The notes below the pieces were generated by a model, which was given only the letters and a program-made list of their open reading frames with translations, was not told the origin of the DNA and made no database searches. The position numbers were made by a program, and so were the translations under genes. A stretch of 64,000 nucleotides of DNA from Entomortierella parvispora E1425 (lineage: Eukaryota > Fungi > Mortierellomycota), in assembly GCA_020891255.1 (NCBI GenBank), contig BQFW01000002.1, forward strand, positions 806,001 through 870,000. The letters run 5' to 3'. This document shows, in pieces, positions 36,362-48,618 of the stretch. Within the stretch, counting starts at the first letter, position 1; each line of letters opens with the position of its first letter.

Positions 36362-36709
36362 TTAAGACGATGGCAAAGGCACTGCACGAGCTGAAGCCAG
36401 CATCACCAAATCGGCGGTGCGTGCGGACGCAGGGTTGGGGGCCAAAGTCACATTGCCATTGCTATCGGTATTGGTGATACGAATGGCTTGGTTCAAGGGG
36501 TTCCTGCCCACGATACTGGGCTGGATCGTGGTGTTGGTGCCATCCGAATGCGAGATTTGAATGGCTCGACTCTTCAAATCTTGTGTCATCATAGAACTCG
36601 TCCCGTCCGAGTTTTGAAGGTGGACCTTGTTGGAAAACATCTTTTGGGTCATGACAGTGGTGGTGCCATCGGCATTGGTGATCTCGATGGAGGAAGTACA
36701 ATTACCCAT
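36362..36709 (-). CDS. Small (115 aa) predicted N-myristoylated/palmitoylated beta-hairpin repeat protein
   Basis: Uninterrupted ORF starting MGNCTSS with four repeats of (I/V)x(I/L)x(N/H)xD(G/S). Supported by a 5'UTR intron (donor gtaagc at 36864, acceptor cacag at 36731) and TATAAAG at 36926-36932. Confidence 0.8.
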   Translation of the reverse strand: MGNCTSSIEITNADGTTTVMTQKMFSNKVHLQNSDGTSSMMTQDLKSRAIQISHSDGTNTTIQPSIVGRNPLNQAIRITNTDSNGNVTLAPNPASARTADLVMLASARAVPLPSS

Positions 36710-36925
36710 TATATTTTTTTTTTTTTGAATCTGTGAAATAGAAAGAGAGAGAGAGAGAGAGAGAGAAAACAGATGAGGCGATTAGTTGAAAAAAAATTGG
36801 GAAAGAAATAGAGGAGAAAAACAAAGGATGGAGGGTGAAGAGAGTAAAGTGTTTATTGGCTTACCAGGGAAGAAGGGATGTTGCAGTAGGGAGAATGTTG
36901 AGAAGGTGATCGTCAAATGGCCCCG

Positions 36926-36932
36926 CTTTATA
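36926..36932 (-). promoter_or_regulatory. TATA box of the small repeat-protein gene
   Basis: TATAAAG on the minus strand about 70 bp upstream of the 5'UTR intron donor. Confidence 0.55.
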
Positions 36933-37361
36933 GCCAAGGAATCCCCGGTGCTCAGAATCTTGAATGGGTGCTCACCTGGGAATGGACGCCGAGTGGCAGT
37001 GCAAAAAAAGAAGGGCGTAAAACGGACCCTCAACCCGAGTATAAGCCCCCAGAGGTACGTCCATTCGCCCGCAACAGCAGTTCATATCCTGCCTCCCACC
37101 GTTGTGGTAGCTGTCACCATCTTTCTGGGATGCTATGTCCAGGGTATCATGTTGCTTGCCTCCATAACACTGAGAAAACCTTTGTTATCAAACTTCACAG
37201 CTGTCCATGGATTACTTTACAATATTCAAAGAGGATCGTTATGACCCAGAGAAGCAAATCATCGCGTGAAAGATGTTGGAGATCAATATTTTTGAATATA
37301 TTTTTTTTTTTTCCTTTTTTTTTCTTTTTGGCAAATGGGGTCAATTAAAATAATAATAGTT

Positions 37362-40300
37362 CTATGCAACTGTGTCTTCGTTGCCCAAAGTGTTCAACAG
37401 CGGGCCCAGCAGGCCATCGACTTCCTCAATCGACACATTACAGCACAACGCAATCAGTCGCTTGTACTCGTGCCGCCTCTTGCCTTGTTGACTCTTGAGC
37501 TGCACAATCTGCTCCACTTGCTCTTTCCTTCCCTCCTGCAGCTGAGCCAAACTGGTCCTCAGTTCCGCCGCCTCCTTCTCCAAGGCCAACGTCCGTCCCA
37601 TGTCCATGGAGGGGGCCTGTTGTGTGTTCTCAAACTCCACGTCCCGCTTCAACTTTGCTTCCTCGTTCACTACCAGATCCTCGAGTCTCAAGCGTTGACG
37701 CAGATTCATCTCTTGGCGAATCATGCCCTCTAATGTCCGGATCTGCTCCTCAGCCTGACTCAGATACACCGTCTTGGCCCTCAATTCCTCAATGGACTTG
37801 TGGCCCTCCTGGATCTCGCTCTGGATCCCGTGTAGCAGATTTCTGGCGCTGATCAGATCCTGCTCCTTTTCATACAAGTCACTCTCATAAGATTGTGTCA
37901 ATTGCTCAAACAGGTCCGTCACGGCGGGGATCATCCTTTGTGAAGCTCGAGTTCCGTTGCCTGCTGCTCCGCCTCCTGGAGAGAGATTTGCTGCAGCTGA
38001 TGAAAAGGACGATGGAGCCTGAGGCTGCAGGTGATGAGGCGATGGCACCTGCTGATGTGAATGTGACGAAGGTGGAGGCTGGTGGAACGTGCTGGAACTA
38101 GATGAAGGGCCATGGCCGTTTCCCTCGTTGTATCCCCGATGACTTTCGTGCATAGGACTGCCTCGCGCACTGCTCACACGAGGATGATGAGAAGGGGAGG
38201 AGGCGGACTGCGCCTGGAAGGGATTCCTAGGAGATCCCGAATGGCTGTACTCTTGGTATCCAGAATGGGGGGTCCTGTCCATGGGGGCATTGGACGAGCT
38301 GTATCCGTGGTGCCTTGACGGTGGGGGTGTCACTGATCGCAAAGACGATGAGGGGTGACCGTATGGACTAGGAGAATCATGTCCTTGATGCTGACGCGAC
38401 GATGTTGAGGAAGAGTGGTGGTGATGGTGCGCCATCGTGGGACCTGATCGCTGAGTGTTGCTGTTGGCGTTGCTGATGTTGCCGTTACTGCCACTATGGG
38501 GGCTGGAGGGGTGGGGCTGGTTGGGCTGATGAGGGTTAAGCTGTGGGGGTGTAGATGGATATTGTGAGGGATGAGAAGAGGAATGAGAGTGCGACGATGA
38601 TTGCTGGGAGAGGTTCAAGGCCGGTATGGATGAGGTGGAAGCGCCCAAGATCTGGATGTCGGCCTCCTGCATATAATCATCCGCATTTCGGCCAGACTTG
38701 TTTCGAATTTTGGAATCCGCGCCTGCATCCATAAGCAACCGCAGCACCTTTTTGTTACCGATCCGCGCTGCAATCGTCAAGGCCGTATCACCCGCAATGT
38801 CCTGCACATTGATGATCGACTCGAGCTCAGAGGGGTGCAATGCAAGCTTATCGAGCAAACATTCCATATAGTACCGGGACGCATGGACCTTGCCGCGCAT
38901 CCCTGCCGTCACGGCCACATGATGAAACACCGTCTGGTCGTTCTTGTCGATCGTGAAGATGGTCTTTTGGAGGATCTCCAACAGCGAGGGGAATGTCTTC
39001 AGGTCAAAGTTGTTTGTGAAAAGGACCGATCTCATCAACGCTGTCTGCCCCTGATTATTCACCCGATAGACATCCGCTCCATGTTGAACGAGCAGTCTGA
39101 CGATCTTTGTCCTCGCCATAGCCACCGCCCAGTGCAAGGGCGTGTGTCCCTCCTCATCAATGATTAGGTCGAAATCCAGGTCTGCAGGGGGGTTGGTTAA
39201 AATCGGGGGCAAAACGGTTGAATCCGAGACGAAATAGGTGAGCAGCGCCTCTGCGTAATGCCCCTGTGCCGAACCTGCATTGATGGCAGCTTGCCACGGC
39301 TTTTCATCTTCTCCTGCGTCGCCATGTCGTCGTCTGGGATGGTTGTTGGATGAATGTTCCCGGCGAGATCGAGTTCCACCAGGACTTTCGTACCCTGAAG
39401 GTGCTCCGTGGTATCCAACAAAGAGTTCATCTCCTGGTCGGCTGCGCTGCTTCTTACGGTTCCGTGGGGACTGATCCGACGACCGTGGTCTCCGGTGACC
39501 CGAGGTATGAGCGTCATTGTCAGATACATCGCTCGAGTCAAGACGTGATTCCAGAGGTGAAGGAGTTCTACTGGGTCCAGTTACTACACTCATCGTCTCA
39601 TCCATGCTCGCTTCGCTACCTATTCTCGAGAAAAGCCCATAGAGTACGTTAGAAGGAAGAATGACACTTGTCCATTCACCATCAATCGGCATACACAGTT
39701 TTGCAACTCTGAGGAGTATATATATGCAAAAAAAAAAAAAAAAAAGGAATCGTACCTGCGCGACTAGGCATCTCTTCATCTCGATAGTCCCTTTCCACTT
39801 CTGAATTGCTGAGCTCATCATCATCCTCGCCGTCTCTTGCGGTCGACTGTCCATTACCATCCACAGCACCCATAGCCGGGCCGGGTAGACCTTCCTTAGG
39901 CTTTCTTTTCTTCGGTCTTGGGGCGCGTGGTTCGCGAGGCTCCTTCAGTTTCCTAGGCTTGCCAGTCGCAGCCGTGATGTGTTTTGGAGCAAGAGGAGGA
40001 CTACTGGTCTTGGAGGTCTCGTAGTCCAGCAATGGCTGCAGCAGGTCCAGTACATGATATTCCTGACACAATTGTACTCCACGTGCATATGGCACCCAGG
40101 TACCTGAAAAGGCAAAAAAGGTTAAAAAAAGACTCTGGACATCATGCCACATTCATTTATCATTTGATCACATATCCGACAGTTCCTTTTGGTTGTTTTA
40201 CCTTGGTATTTTCCATAGCCTCCTTGGACCTTTTCATGCTCGCCTCTCTGGACTTCTCTTTCCAATATCCGGGTCCTTTGAGCCTTGTCGAATTCGGCCA

Positions 40301-41447
40301 CCTTGAGAATCTGAGTCGCATTCAAGTACGAGTCTGACCGCCGGCGCATGACGGCCACGCCTCTGCAGATCATCTCAAAGACGGGTACGCCAGAATAGGT
40401 CGCCTTGAAGATTTGAGGCGAGCCAATGTCCTTGAGCTTGAGGTTCGGGATAATCACGGTGCTGGTACCTACCATGGGTGGGAGTCGACCCCCATAAGTA
40501 GCCTGTTGCTGATTCAGAGACGGTGGGAGATGAAGCGGACGAACATCTTTGTTAAATTCACCTGTCGTCTGACGCTGGTTATGTGACCCTGTTTTGGGGT
40601 CGCCTTGACGCTCTTGATGCAGCTGGAGTTGATAAAGATCATGCTGTACCTGCTGGGTTGCTGCAGCTGCAGCGACGGCGGCCTGCTGTTGCAGAACCTG
40701 GGCCGAGAGTGAAGGTCCTTGCGGGGCTGGCGTCTCGACGGGGACAGTCGTTCCTCTTGTGGCAGCCAAGGTCGCAGCCATTCGAGCAGCACCTTGAGCA
40801 GCATGAGCCGCGGCCGCCCTTTGAGCTGCTGCCAGTTTTTCTGCAGCGGCGGCCTGTTGGGCAGCCAGAGATTGCTGTTGCAGTTGTGCTTGAGCGGCCA
40901 ATTGCTCTCGAAGAAGTCGCTCGGATGGCGTCATTATAGGAACAGTATAATCTTTTTGCTGATTCTGACCTGTGACGGAAATGCCTATGGTCTGGGAAGG
41001 CGCTGAAGGGACAGGATTGGTAGCGGCATTGCTTGACAATCCGGGCATGGCGGTCGAGATGACGGCAGGTGACGATTGTTGCTGCGGTTGTGGTGGCTGC
41101 TGTGGTGGTTGTGATGGCTGCTGTATCGATGGTTGCTGTAACTGCTGTTGCTGTTGCTGTTGCTGTGGTTGTGGAGCAGGGACGGCACTGCTGGCAGTGG
41201 CCGACAATGACTGAGATGGCGGCTGTACAGTGAGAGGGATCACTTTGGCGGAGGATGATGCGGAAGATGCGGAAGTTGCGGATGGAACTGAGGAGGGCAC
41301 GGTGGGAACAGCAGAGATGGGGGTAGGGGTGATGATGGAGGGATTGGAGAGAGGTGCGGGAGTGGATGTCTGTTCGGTGGACGCGTGGATGGAGTCTGCG
41401 GGAGCTTGGCCCGGCGCGTCCTCGCGTGAGGCAGGAGTTGAGTTCAT
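37362..41447 (-). CDS. APSES (KilA-N) + ankyrin-repeat G1/S transcription factor (Mbp1/Swi4/Res/Cdc10 family), multi-exon
   Basis: [71 protein letters not shown]|TWVP (APSES). Ankyrin repeats [31 protein letters not shown] and [14 protein letters not shown]-terminal coiled coil ending YKRLIALCC. Confidence 0.93.
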
Positions 41448-42098
41448 GATTGCTCTGATGAAGAGGATGGACGTGTTGTTGTGTCTGTCAGTCTAGTAGA
41501 GCGTAGAGTGTAGAGACGATGTGAAGGGAAGGGGGGAAAGAGATGAAGGAGAGCAAGGCGTCGCGCTTTCTGTCGCGTATGGCTGGCTGGTGGTTGGTGT
41601 TGTGTGGCCCAGGATGGGCAGTGACAGCGAAGAGAGGCAAGAAAAGGGGGGGAGGGTAAGGATGCAAAGTAGAAATAGCTGTGATCAGGTCAATGACACG
41701 ACGACGACACGACTCTTTTTTGGACGCGGCGTGGATGGGATGTGTGTGTGACGAGGAGAAGAGAGAAGAGAGAAGAGAGAAGAAGAAGGAGAAGGATGGA
41801 TAAATGAAGCAAGAGTCAAGAAGACAAAATCACACAGAGAGGATGAGAAGGACAATGAAGTCGGAGAAGGAAGGAAGCAAGGAAGGAAGGAAGAACGGAA
41901 GGAAGAGAGCGAGGAACAATGTCCAGGAAGGAAAGGAAGGAGGGAAGGAAGAAAGGAATCACCACACAGACAGTCAGCGTCAAGTCAGTCCATGCCTCAG
42001 AAAGTGAGCAAAATAGAAGAAAAAAGAAAACAAACCTCTCGGACACCCTTTGCGCTCCTGACGCGCACGCGTGTAGATGTCAACGCCCCTTAAGGGAT

Positions 42099-42135
<37 letters not shown>

Positions 42136-42212
42136 GTCTTCTTGTTCATAAATACATGAATATTATGCTGGTGTATTGGGATATCAGACTAGGTGGATAT
42201 GTCGATCTACAA

Positions 42213-44989
42213 CTACAGATCTACCTTGGCAGAGTACTCGCGAATCTTGGAGTAGATCTGCTCCTCAAGACCATCGCCGTCGCGGCCTGCTACAATCGCC
42301 AGCAAGTCCTTTGTCACCTGGTAATTGCCCAAAATATCCACATGATCCGCCGTGCGCTTGCCACCACGAATGTCCACTGGCGAAAGGGAACTCCGGTGCG
42401 TGAACTCGCGTGTGATCACAGGTACGCCAGAGGGATTGTACAACTTCTTCTTCCATCCCTCCACGCACATGTATCCAGTAGACAGTAGCGGCACCGTTCC
42501 ATCTCTAAAAGAGAATTCATACACATTAATCTTCATATTCGCGTGCTAATCCTTGTCCATCGTCGATATTGAACAAAAACAAGATTCTCTGCTTACCCAT
42601 CTCCCTGGTGAATACCGTAGCTAATTCCCAACTTCTCGTCATGGACCGATGTGTCAATGTAGATGTTTGGGACCTGGCCAGTTTCATCCGACACATTGCC
42701 AGGTCGCTGATCAAAGATGGGTGGTGTCAAGTCGCTCATGCGATTGTAGGTATAGCTGCGCTCTGTCGACTTGCCGACACCGTACAAGCAGTAGATCTTC
42801 ATGTTGGGCGCATTGGGAAGCCTGGCCTCCAGGGGGTTCGTCCATGAGGTTGCCAACTTCTCTGTCTTGTCCATCTCCTTCTCTGTCACAGAAGCGCCTA
42901 CAGTGTAGTTGTGGGCCAACATGCTGTTGTAGTCCACGCCAGCCATTTTTGACAAGAGTGTCATACTTTCGTCCATAGTGTGGTGCTTCATATCTGATCC
43001 ATCCGCAAACGCAAGCATGGCCCCGAACGACGGCGACTCCTTGTTACCCCACTTTCCTTCTGTTGTCGCATTGGGCGATTCTTCGTTTTTGGCAATCCTT
43101 TCCTTCACTAGCGTCTCTTCTTCGTCATGAGTTCCGTCATCGGGCGCACCGTCGACGGTTCCCCAAACACGGTCTCCGCCCTTGGGGATCATGCTCGAAA
43201 GACCTCCCCAACTTCTAAAGAGATCGGCACGTTCGCGTCTGGAAAAGAATTTTTCCAAAACATAGGCGCTGACGACGCCGAGTTGAGCAGTATCACGGAC
43301 TTCACCTGAAAGAACTGCCGCCAGAGTCTTTGGAACTCCCAGCATAGGTCCTGCAATGTTGACGAATGTATGGACGTGGTCATTGACCCAATTTGGACCT
43401 CCGTTGCCGCCATCCTTGGATTCGACCCACTTGAAAAAGTAAAACAGGACACACGATCCCATCGAGTGAGCTACAAGGACATGCTTTTCGCCAGTGACCT
43501 TGAGAGACAGTTCCAGGCTCGCCTTTAGTCGAGAAAAGTAATGATCCCTGTTCTCCAAGTTGGCGAAAGAGAGTCTCCAGTCGTAAGAGGCAAGATGCAT
43601 ATTGTTGTTGTCATAGCCAATGGCCGCCAAATTCTAGTCAAAGTAGATGAAAAAAAAAGACCATAAGTGTTAGCGATTGAAGATATGGGGATGGCAGTTA
43701 TCATTTCCTCTTTTTTTTTTCATTGTAGATGAGCTGCATACTTTGATGATCGGGGCCCAGACCCAGTAACTAGAGGCGAATCGTTGAAAGTCAAAAAGTC
43801 AGTTCAAAGGGAGGAAAAGCAATGTCGTCATGATGGGGGAGCTTGAGCGATGGCTTCACTTGTAGGGAGACTCCCGAACCGAGAAGACTCCAAAGAGAGT
43901 TGGGATACTTACCCTTGCACAAAGTAATCTGCAGCCTCAAGACCCTGTGCTGCTCGAAGACGAACGCCTTCTGGATCCAGTCCTGTCTCTGAGTCTAATC
44001 GCAAGTTGGCAATCCAGCAGTCCTTGTCCAACAATACAGCTTTGAACATGGCTACAAGTAGCAAGAGGAAAAAAACAACAACAAACCATGGAGTGTTAAC
44101 GACTGTTGTCAACATGTTGACTAGTTGACTAGTGGGTCCGCCTGCCTGACTAGCGCTTTGGCGAAACTTACTGGTTGTGCCCCACATTCGCTTGCGGAAA
44201 TATTTTTGGGAGCAGTTGTTCGTAGTAGACCACGACTCCAATCCTGTCGAAACAATTCCAGGGATCAAGGTCACCTGTAGTCAAGAGAACATCGTATGAT
44301 CGAGGTGAGCGACTGGGCTGAAGAACGGACAAGATCAACAAATACAAAACTCCAAAAAAAACTGAGCATCTGCTCAGATAGCTTACAGGGTATTTGGGCT
44401 TGTATCCATGTTCCTCCCGCATTTCTTCGCCCGGGTAAAACTCTTCTTCCGTGAGGATTTCCGGTTTGAACATTGCAGACACATTACCGATAAACTCGTC
44501 CGGGATCATACCGGAGGGTACCATCGACGCGATATCAAAGTCCTGAAGGTAATGAGAAAAGGCTTCGATGTAAGCAGCATCTTTGGACTGTCGCATCAAG
44601 ACTGTAGCGAGACCCATGCCGATGATGATGCCGAGCAAGAGGATGACTCTACGCCGGGTGGCTGGCGCGACATGCTTCTTGTGGTCCTTGACCTCCTGGT
44701 CGTGGACAAAGAGGGCTTGGTGGAGATAGTCGGCCACGGATGGGTTTCTGCTCAGGGACGGATGCCTGACCTCAATCTTTGCGTCCTTTGGGAGGTTGTG
44801 AGAGAGCGAGAGTGCCTCTTTGGTATTGTCCTTGGTCGCAGCATTGTCCTTGGGAGTTGCATTGTCCTGGTCATGAGTGGGGCTGTGGCTGTTGGTGGCG
44901 TGGGCATGTGCATTGTGTCCGTTGGGCGCATGGCCGTTGGAGTCGTCGCGAACTGCCTTTTGGGCCTGTTTCCGTTTCCTGGGCGGCAT
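42213..44989 (-). CDS. LRO1: Phospholipid:diacylglycerol acyltransferase (PDAT), multi-exon including a ~28-nt micro-exon (YWVWAPIIK)
   Basis: ATG at 44989 (MPPRKRK) and one TM helix (VILLLGIIIGMGLATVLM). Motifs: LIPGIVSTGLESW, lipase motif VAHSMG, KIYCLYGVGKSTERSY, GDGDGTVPLLS and DHVDILGN. Confidence 0.95.
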
Positions 44990-45151
44990 TGAGACGGTGC
45001 GATGGGGCAATGAGGGAGAGGGAGGGTGTGAAGGGAAGAAGAAAGAAAGAGAGAAAGAGAGAGAGAGTGAGAGAGAGAGAGAGAGTGAGCAAAGGAACAA
45101 CAGAGACCAGCAGGAAAAAAGAGCGGTGATGCTGGGGTGTTCAAAAATGTC

Positions 45152-45203
45152 CGCTCTGGCTGCACGCTCTGGCTGCACGCTCTGGCTGCACGCTCTGGCT
45201 GCA
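45152..45203. repeat. 4 x 13-bp tandem repeat CGCTCTGGCTGCA in the LRO1/GLN4 divergent promoter
   Basis: Four consecutive perfect copies, followed by degenerate ...GCTGCAC and CTGCAC units. Confidence 0.92.
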
Positions 45204-45462
45204 CACTGTTGCTGCACACCTGCACACCCCAACTGACCCCAAATGCACACCAACATCGATCTGCGCTCAGCCTGACCGAACAGGAAGACCGCTGCATCGC
45301 ATGGGCTGCAGGGTCCCTCCTTCGTTATTTGGCTTTTTGACCTGATCACCCATGGCCCTTTTTCTTCTTCTTTTTGCTCCTTCTCTGCAGAGTCTTCATT
45401 TTTATTCCCCCCCTTCATCCATCATCCCATCCCCCCCGTCCTTCCATCCACTCACACACATC

Positions 45463-48400
45463 ATGTCGGACGATCTGGTCATCCTCTTCCAGAACATCGG
45501 CCTGACCGAGCAGAAGGCCAAGGAGACTGTCAAGAACAAGAACTTGGCCCCAACCCTCGAGAAGGCAATCCACGCTGCTGGATTCCAGGACAAGGCGTCG
45601 GACAAGAGCACCGGTGCCCTCCTTTACGCCCTCGCCTCCACCATCACCCCTGGCGCCCAGCCCCATCTCATCTACCTCGCCAGAGTTATCCGCGATTCGT
45701 ACGTGTGCTCATTTTAGATCAATCGCTTGCCTCTTCAGGGTCAGGGGTCTCATGGGAAGATCGCTCTCATGGACTCCCTCTCATGCACTCACTATGACCC
45801 AGTGTCACGCGAAATCTCGCGCTAGTCGCTTGACCTGTGCTAATCTGAATGTAAACCCATCTCCTATTCATTAGAAAACTCACCACCACAGATCAGGTTT
45901 CTGGTAAGAGTCGCGATGAACGTATCCCTTGGAGTGGACAAACAATGACCGAAAAAGTTTGGTTTCGAGTGTACTAAACCGACCCTATTGCATGCTCATT
46001 ATGACGCACATTGAATAGCTGCTATCAAGTTTGTGAATGACAAGGCCGAGATCGACGAGGCCAAGTTCAACGAGGAGTGCGGTGTCGGTATGCTGGATGA
46101 GTCACTCTTGGAGACAGGAAAATTCGAGGCGCAGCTTTGGCAAGGACTCTAACAGTGTGTTTGCCTGATCTGTTTTGCATGCCTGTAGGAGTCATCGTGA
46201 CCAAGGAGGATGTCACCAAGGCTGTCGATGCTTACACAGAAACCGTCAAGGACAGACTCGTCAAGGACCGTTACAAATTCTTTGGCATGTTCTTTGGAGG
46301 CGCCAAGGCCATCCCTAGCCTCAAGTGGGCCAACGGAGGAGACATCAAGGAGGCTGTCGATGCCAAGATGCTGGAAGTTCTTGGACCCAAGGACGAGCGC
46401 GATGTTATTGTCAAGAAGGTATGTTGCCTCTTGTCTCCTGAATGATAGAAAACTGCTTTCAGGAGTCGAGCGGGACGTGATCACAGGGGAAACAATCAGA
46501 CATTTGTCAAGATAAAGGGCACGGAAAACGAGAGCCCAAGCGCAGGATATTGTGCCCACGAGGGGCAAAAGCAGAGGAAACTTTATGTACGCATCTATCT
46601 TTCTGCTGACCATGTCCTTCCTTTACCTCCCTATCTCCACTTGATACTAATCCGAGTAGAAGAAGGAGACCAAGGTTGAGACCAAGGAGGCTCAGAAGAC
46701 TGAGGCTGTTGCTGATGCTAGCAAGGCCCCCGACATGTTCTTTGAGGGCGAGCTTTCTAAGCTTCACGTTCCTGGCGGAAACCCCCAGATTAAGCCCGAG
46801 CTGATGGTCGAGCATTTGAAGGCCACAGGTGGAAAGTACGTTACTCGCTTCCCCCCAGAGCCCAACGGTTTCTTGCACATTGGACACGCCAAGGCCATCA
46901 ACATCAACTTTGGACTTGCCAAGGCCCACAACGGCATTTGCAACCTTCGCTATGACGATACCAACCCCGAGGCTGAGGAGGAGAGATACTTTGAGTCTAT
47001 TCTGGAGATTGTCAAGTGGCTCGGATTCACGCCCAGCCAGGTCACTTACTCTTCAACCCACTTCCATCGCCTGTACGAGCTTGCTATTGAGTTGATCAAG
47101 AAGGACAAGGCCTACGTCTGCCACGTACGTATTGAAGAATGACAGGGACTATGGAACTGTGGAACTGAAAAGTCTCTGAAAGGCCTTTTCGGTGCATGTT
47201 TATTAACATGTGTTTTTTCTCTAATATAGTGCACAGGAGAGGAGATTCAGAAGCACCGTGGTGGCCCAGAGCGTGGTCCCCGTACTGCTTGCGTTCACCG
47301 TGACAGACCTATTGCCGAGTCATTGGAACTCTTCGAAAAGATGAAGAACGGAGGATTCAACGAGGGCGAGGCTATTTTGCGCATGAAGATGGATCTTGAA
47401 AACGGCAACCCTCAGTTCTGGGACTTGGTCGCTTACCGTGTCTTGAAGTCAGCCCACCACCGCACTGGCACCGAGTGGGTCATCTACCCTACCTATGACT
47501 ACACTCACTGCTTGGTCGATTCTTTCGAGAACATTACCCACTCGCTCTGCACTGTCGAGTTTACCCAGTCCCGTCCCTCTTACTACTGGCTCTGCGATGC
47601 CCTTGAGGTCTACAAGCCTGTCCAGTGGGAGTATGGTCGCTTGAACGTTGCCAACACCATCCTGTCCAAGCGCAAGATTGCAGAGCTGGTCAACAAGGGC
47701 CACGTCTTTGACTGGGATGACCCCAGATTGTACACTCTGCCCGCCATCCGTCGCCGTGGTGTTCCTCCTCAGGCTATCAATAATTTTGTCCATACCTTGG
47801 GCGTGACAAAGTCTGACACTGTGATTGAGGTCACCAAGCTGGATACGTTCATTCGGGACTACCTGAACGACACTGCCCCTCGCCTCATGGGCGCCTTTAA
47901 CCCCATCAAGGTCACTCTTGAGAACTTGCCCGAGGGTCATGAGGAGATGATCACTGTCCAGAACAAGCCCAAGGATCCCTCCATGGGCGAGCACTCCATT
48001 CCTTTCACGCGCGAGGTCTGGATTGATGGCTCTGATTTCAGAGAGGTGGATGACAAGGACTTTTTCCGTTTGGCTCCTGGCAAGACTGTCGGTCTCTTGA
48101 ACGTGCCCTGCCCCATCACCTGCACCAAGGTGATCAAGGACAGCAATGGCAAGGTTGTTGAGCTCGTGGCCCGCTACGAAAATGGCACTGGTATCAAGCG
48201 CCCCAAGACCTACATCCAGTGGGTGGCAGAGAGTCCTAAGCATGGATCGCCCGTGCGTCTGGATGAGGTGCGTCTGTTTGAGCGTCTGTTCCACCATGCT
48301 AACCCTCAGGACAAGCGCGAGGTCCCCGGCGGATACTTGAGCGATATCAACGCAGACAGTCTGTCGATCGAGAAGGGAGCCATTGTTGAGATTGGATTCT

Positions 48401-48618
48401 GGGATGTGATGGATCGTTGGGCCAAGACGAGCGAGACCAAGACCGATTACGAGGCCATGCGATTCCAGTTGACTCGTATTGGTTACTTCTGTGTGGACAA
48501 GGAGTCTGATTTGGGCGACTTCCGGTCCCACGGCGATCGTTCGCTCAAGGAATCTGTCAAGAAGATCATTCTGAACCGTACAGTCAGCTTGCAGGTCAGC
48601 AATACGCTCAAGAAGTAA
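45463..48618 (+). CDS. GLN4: Glutaminyl-tRNA synthetase, multi-exon
   Basis: [23 protein letters not shown]-terminal domain. Motifs: [17 protein letters not shown] (HIGH), [38 protein letters not shown] and [12 protein letters not shown]. Confidence 0.96.

Noticed and set aside
41750-41960. Long polypurine (GGAA/GAA) tracts with triplex potential (also 17690-18070, 32800-33140)
   Set aside because: These are the CT-rich 5' leaders seen upstream of most genes in this window, so they are ordinary for this genome.
44990-45418. 140-codon N-terminal extension of the LRO1 ORF in the track
   Set aside because: It translates promoter repeats and (CT)n microsatellite; the ATG at 44989 fits the family better.
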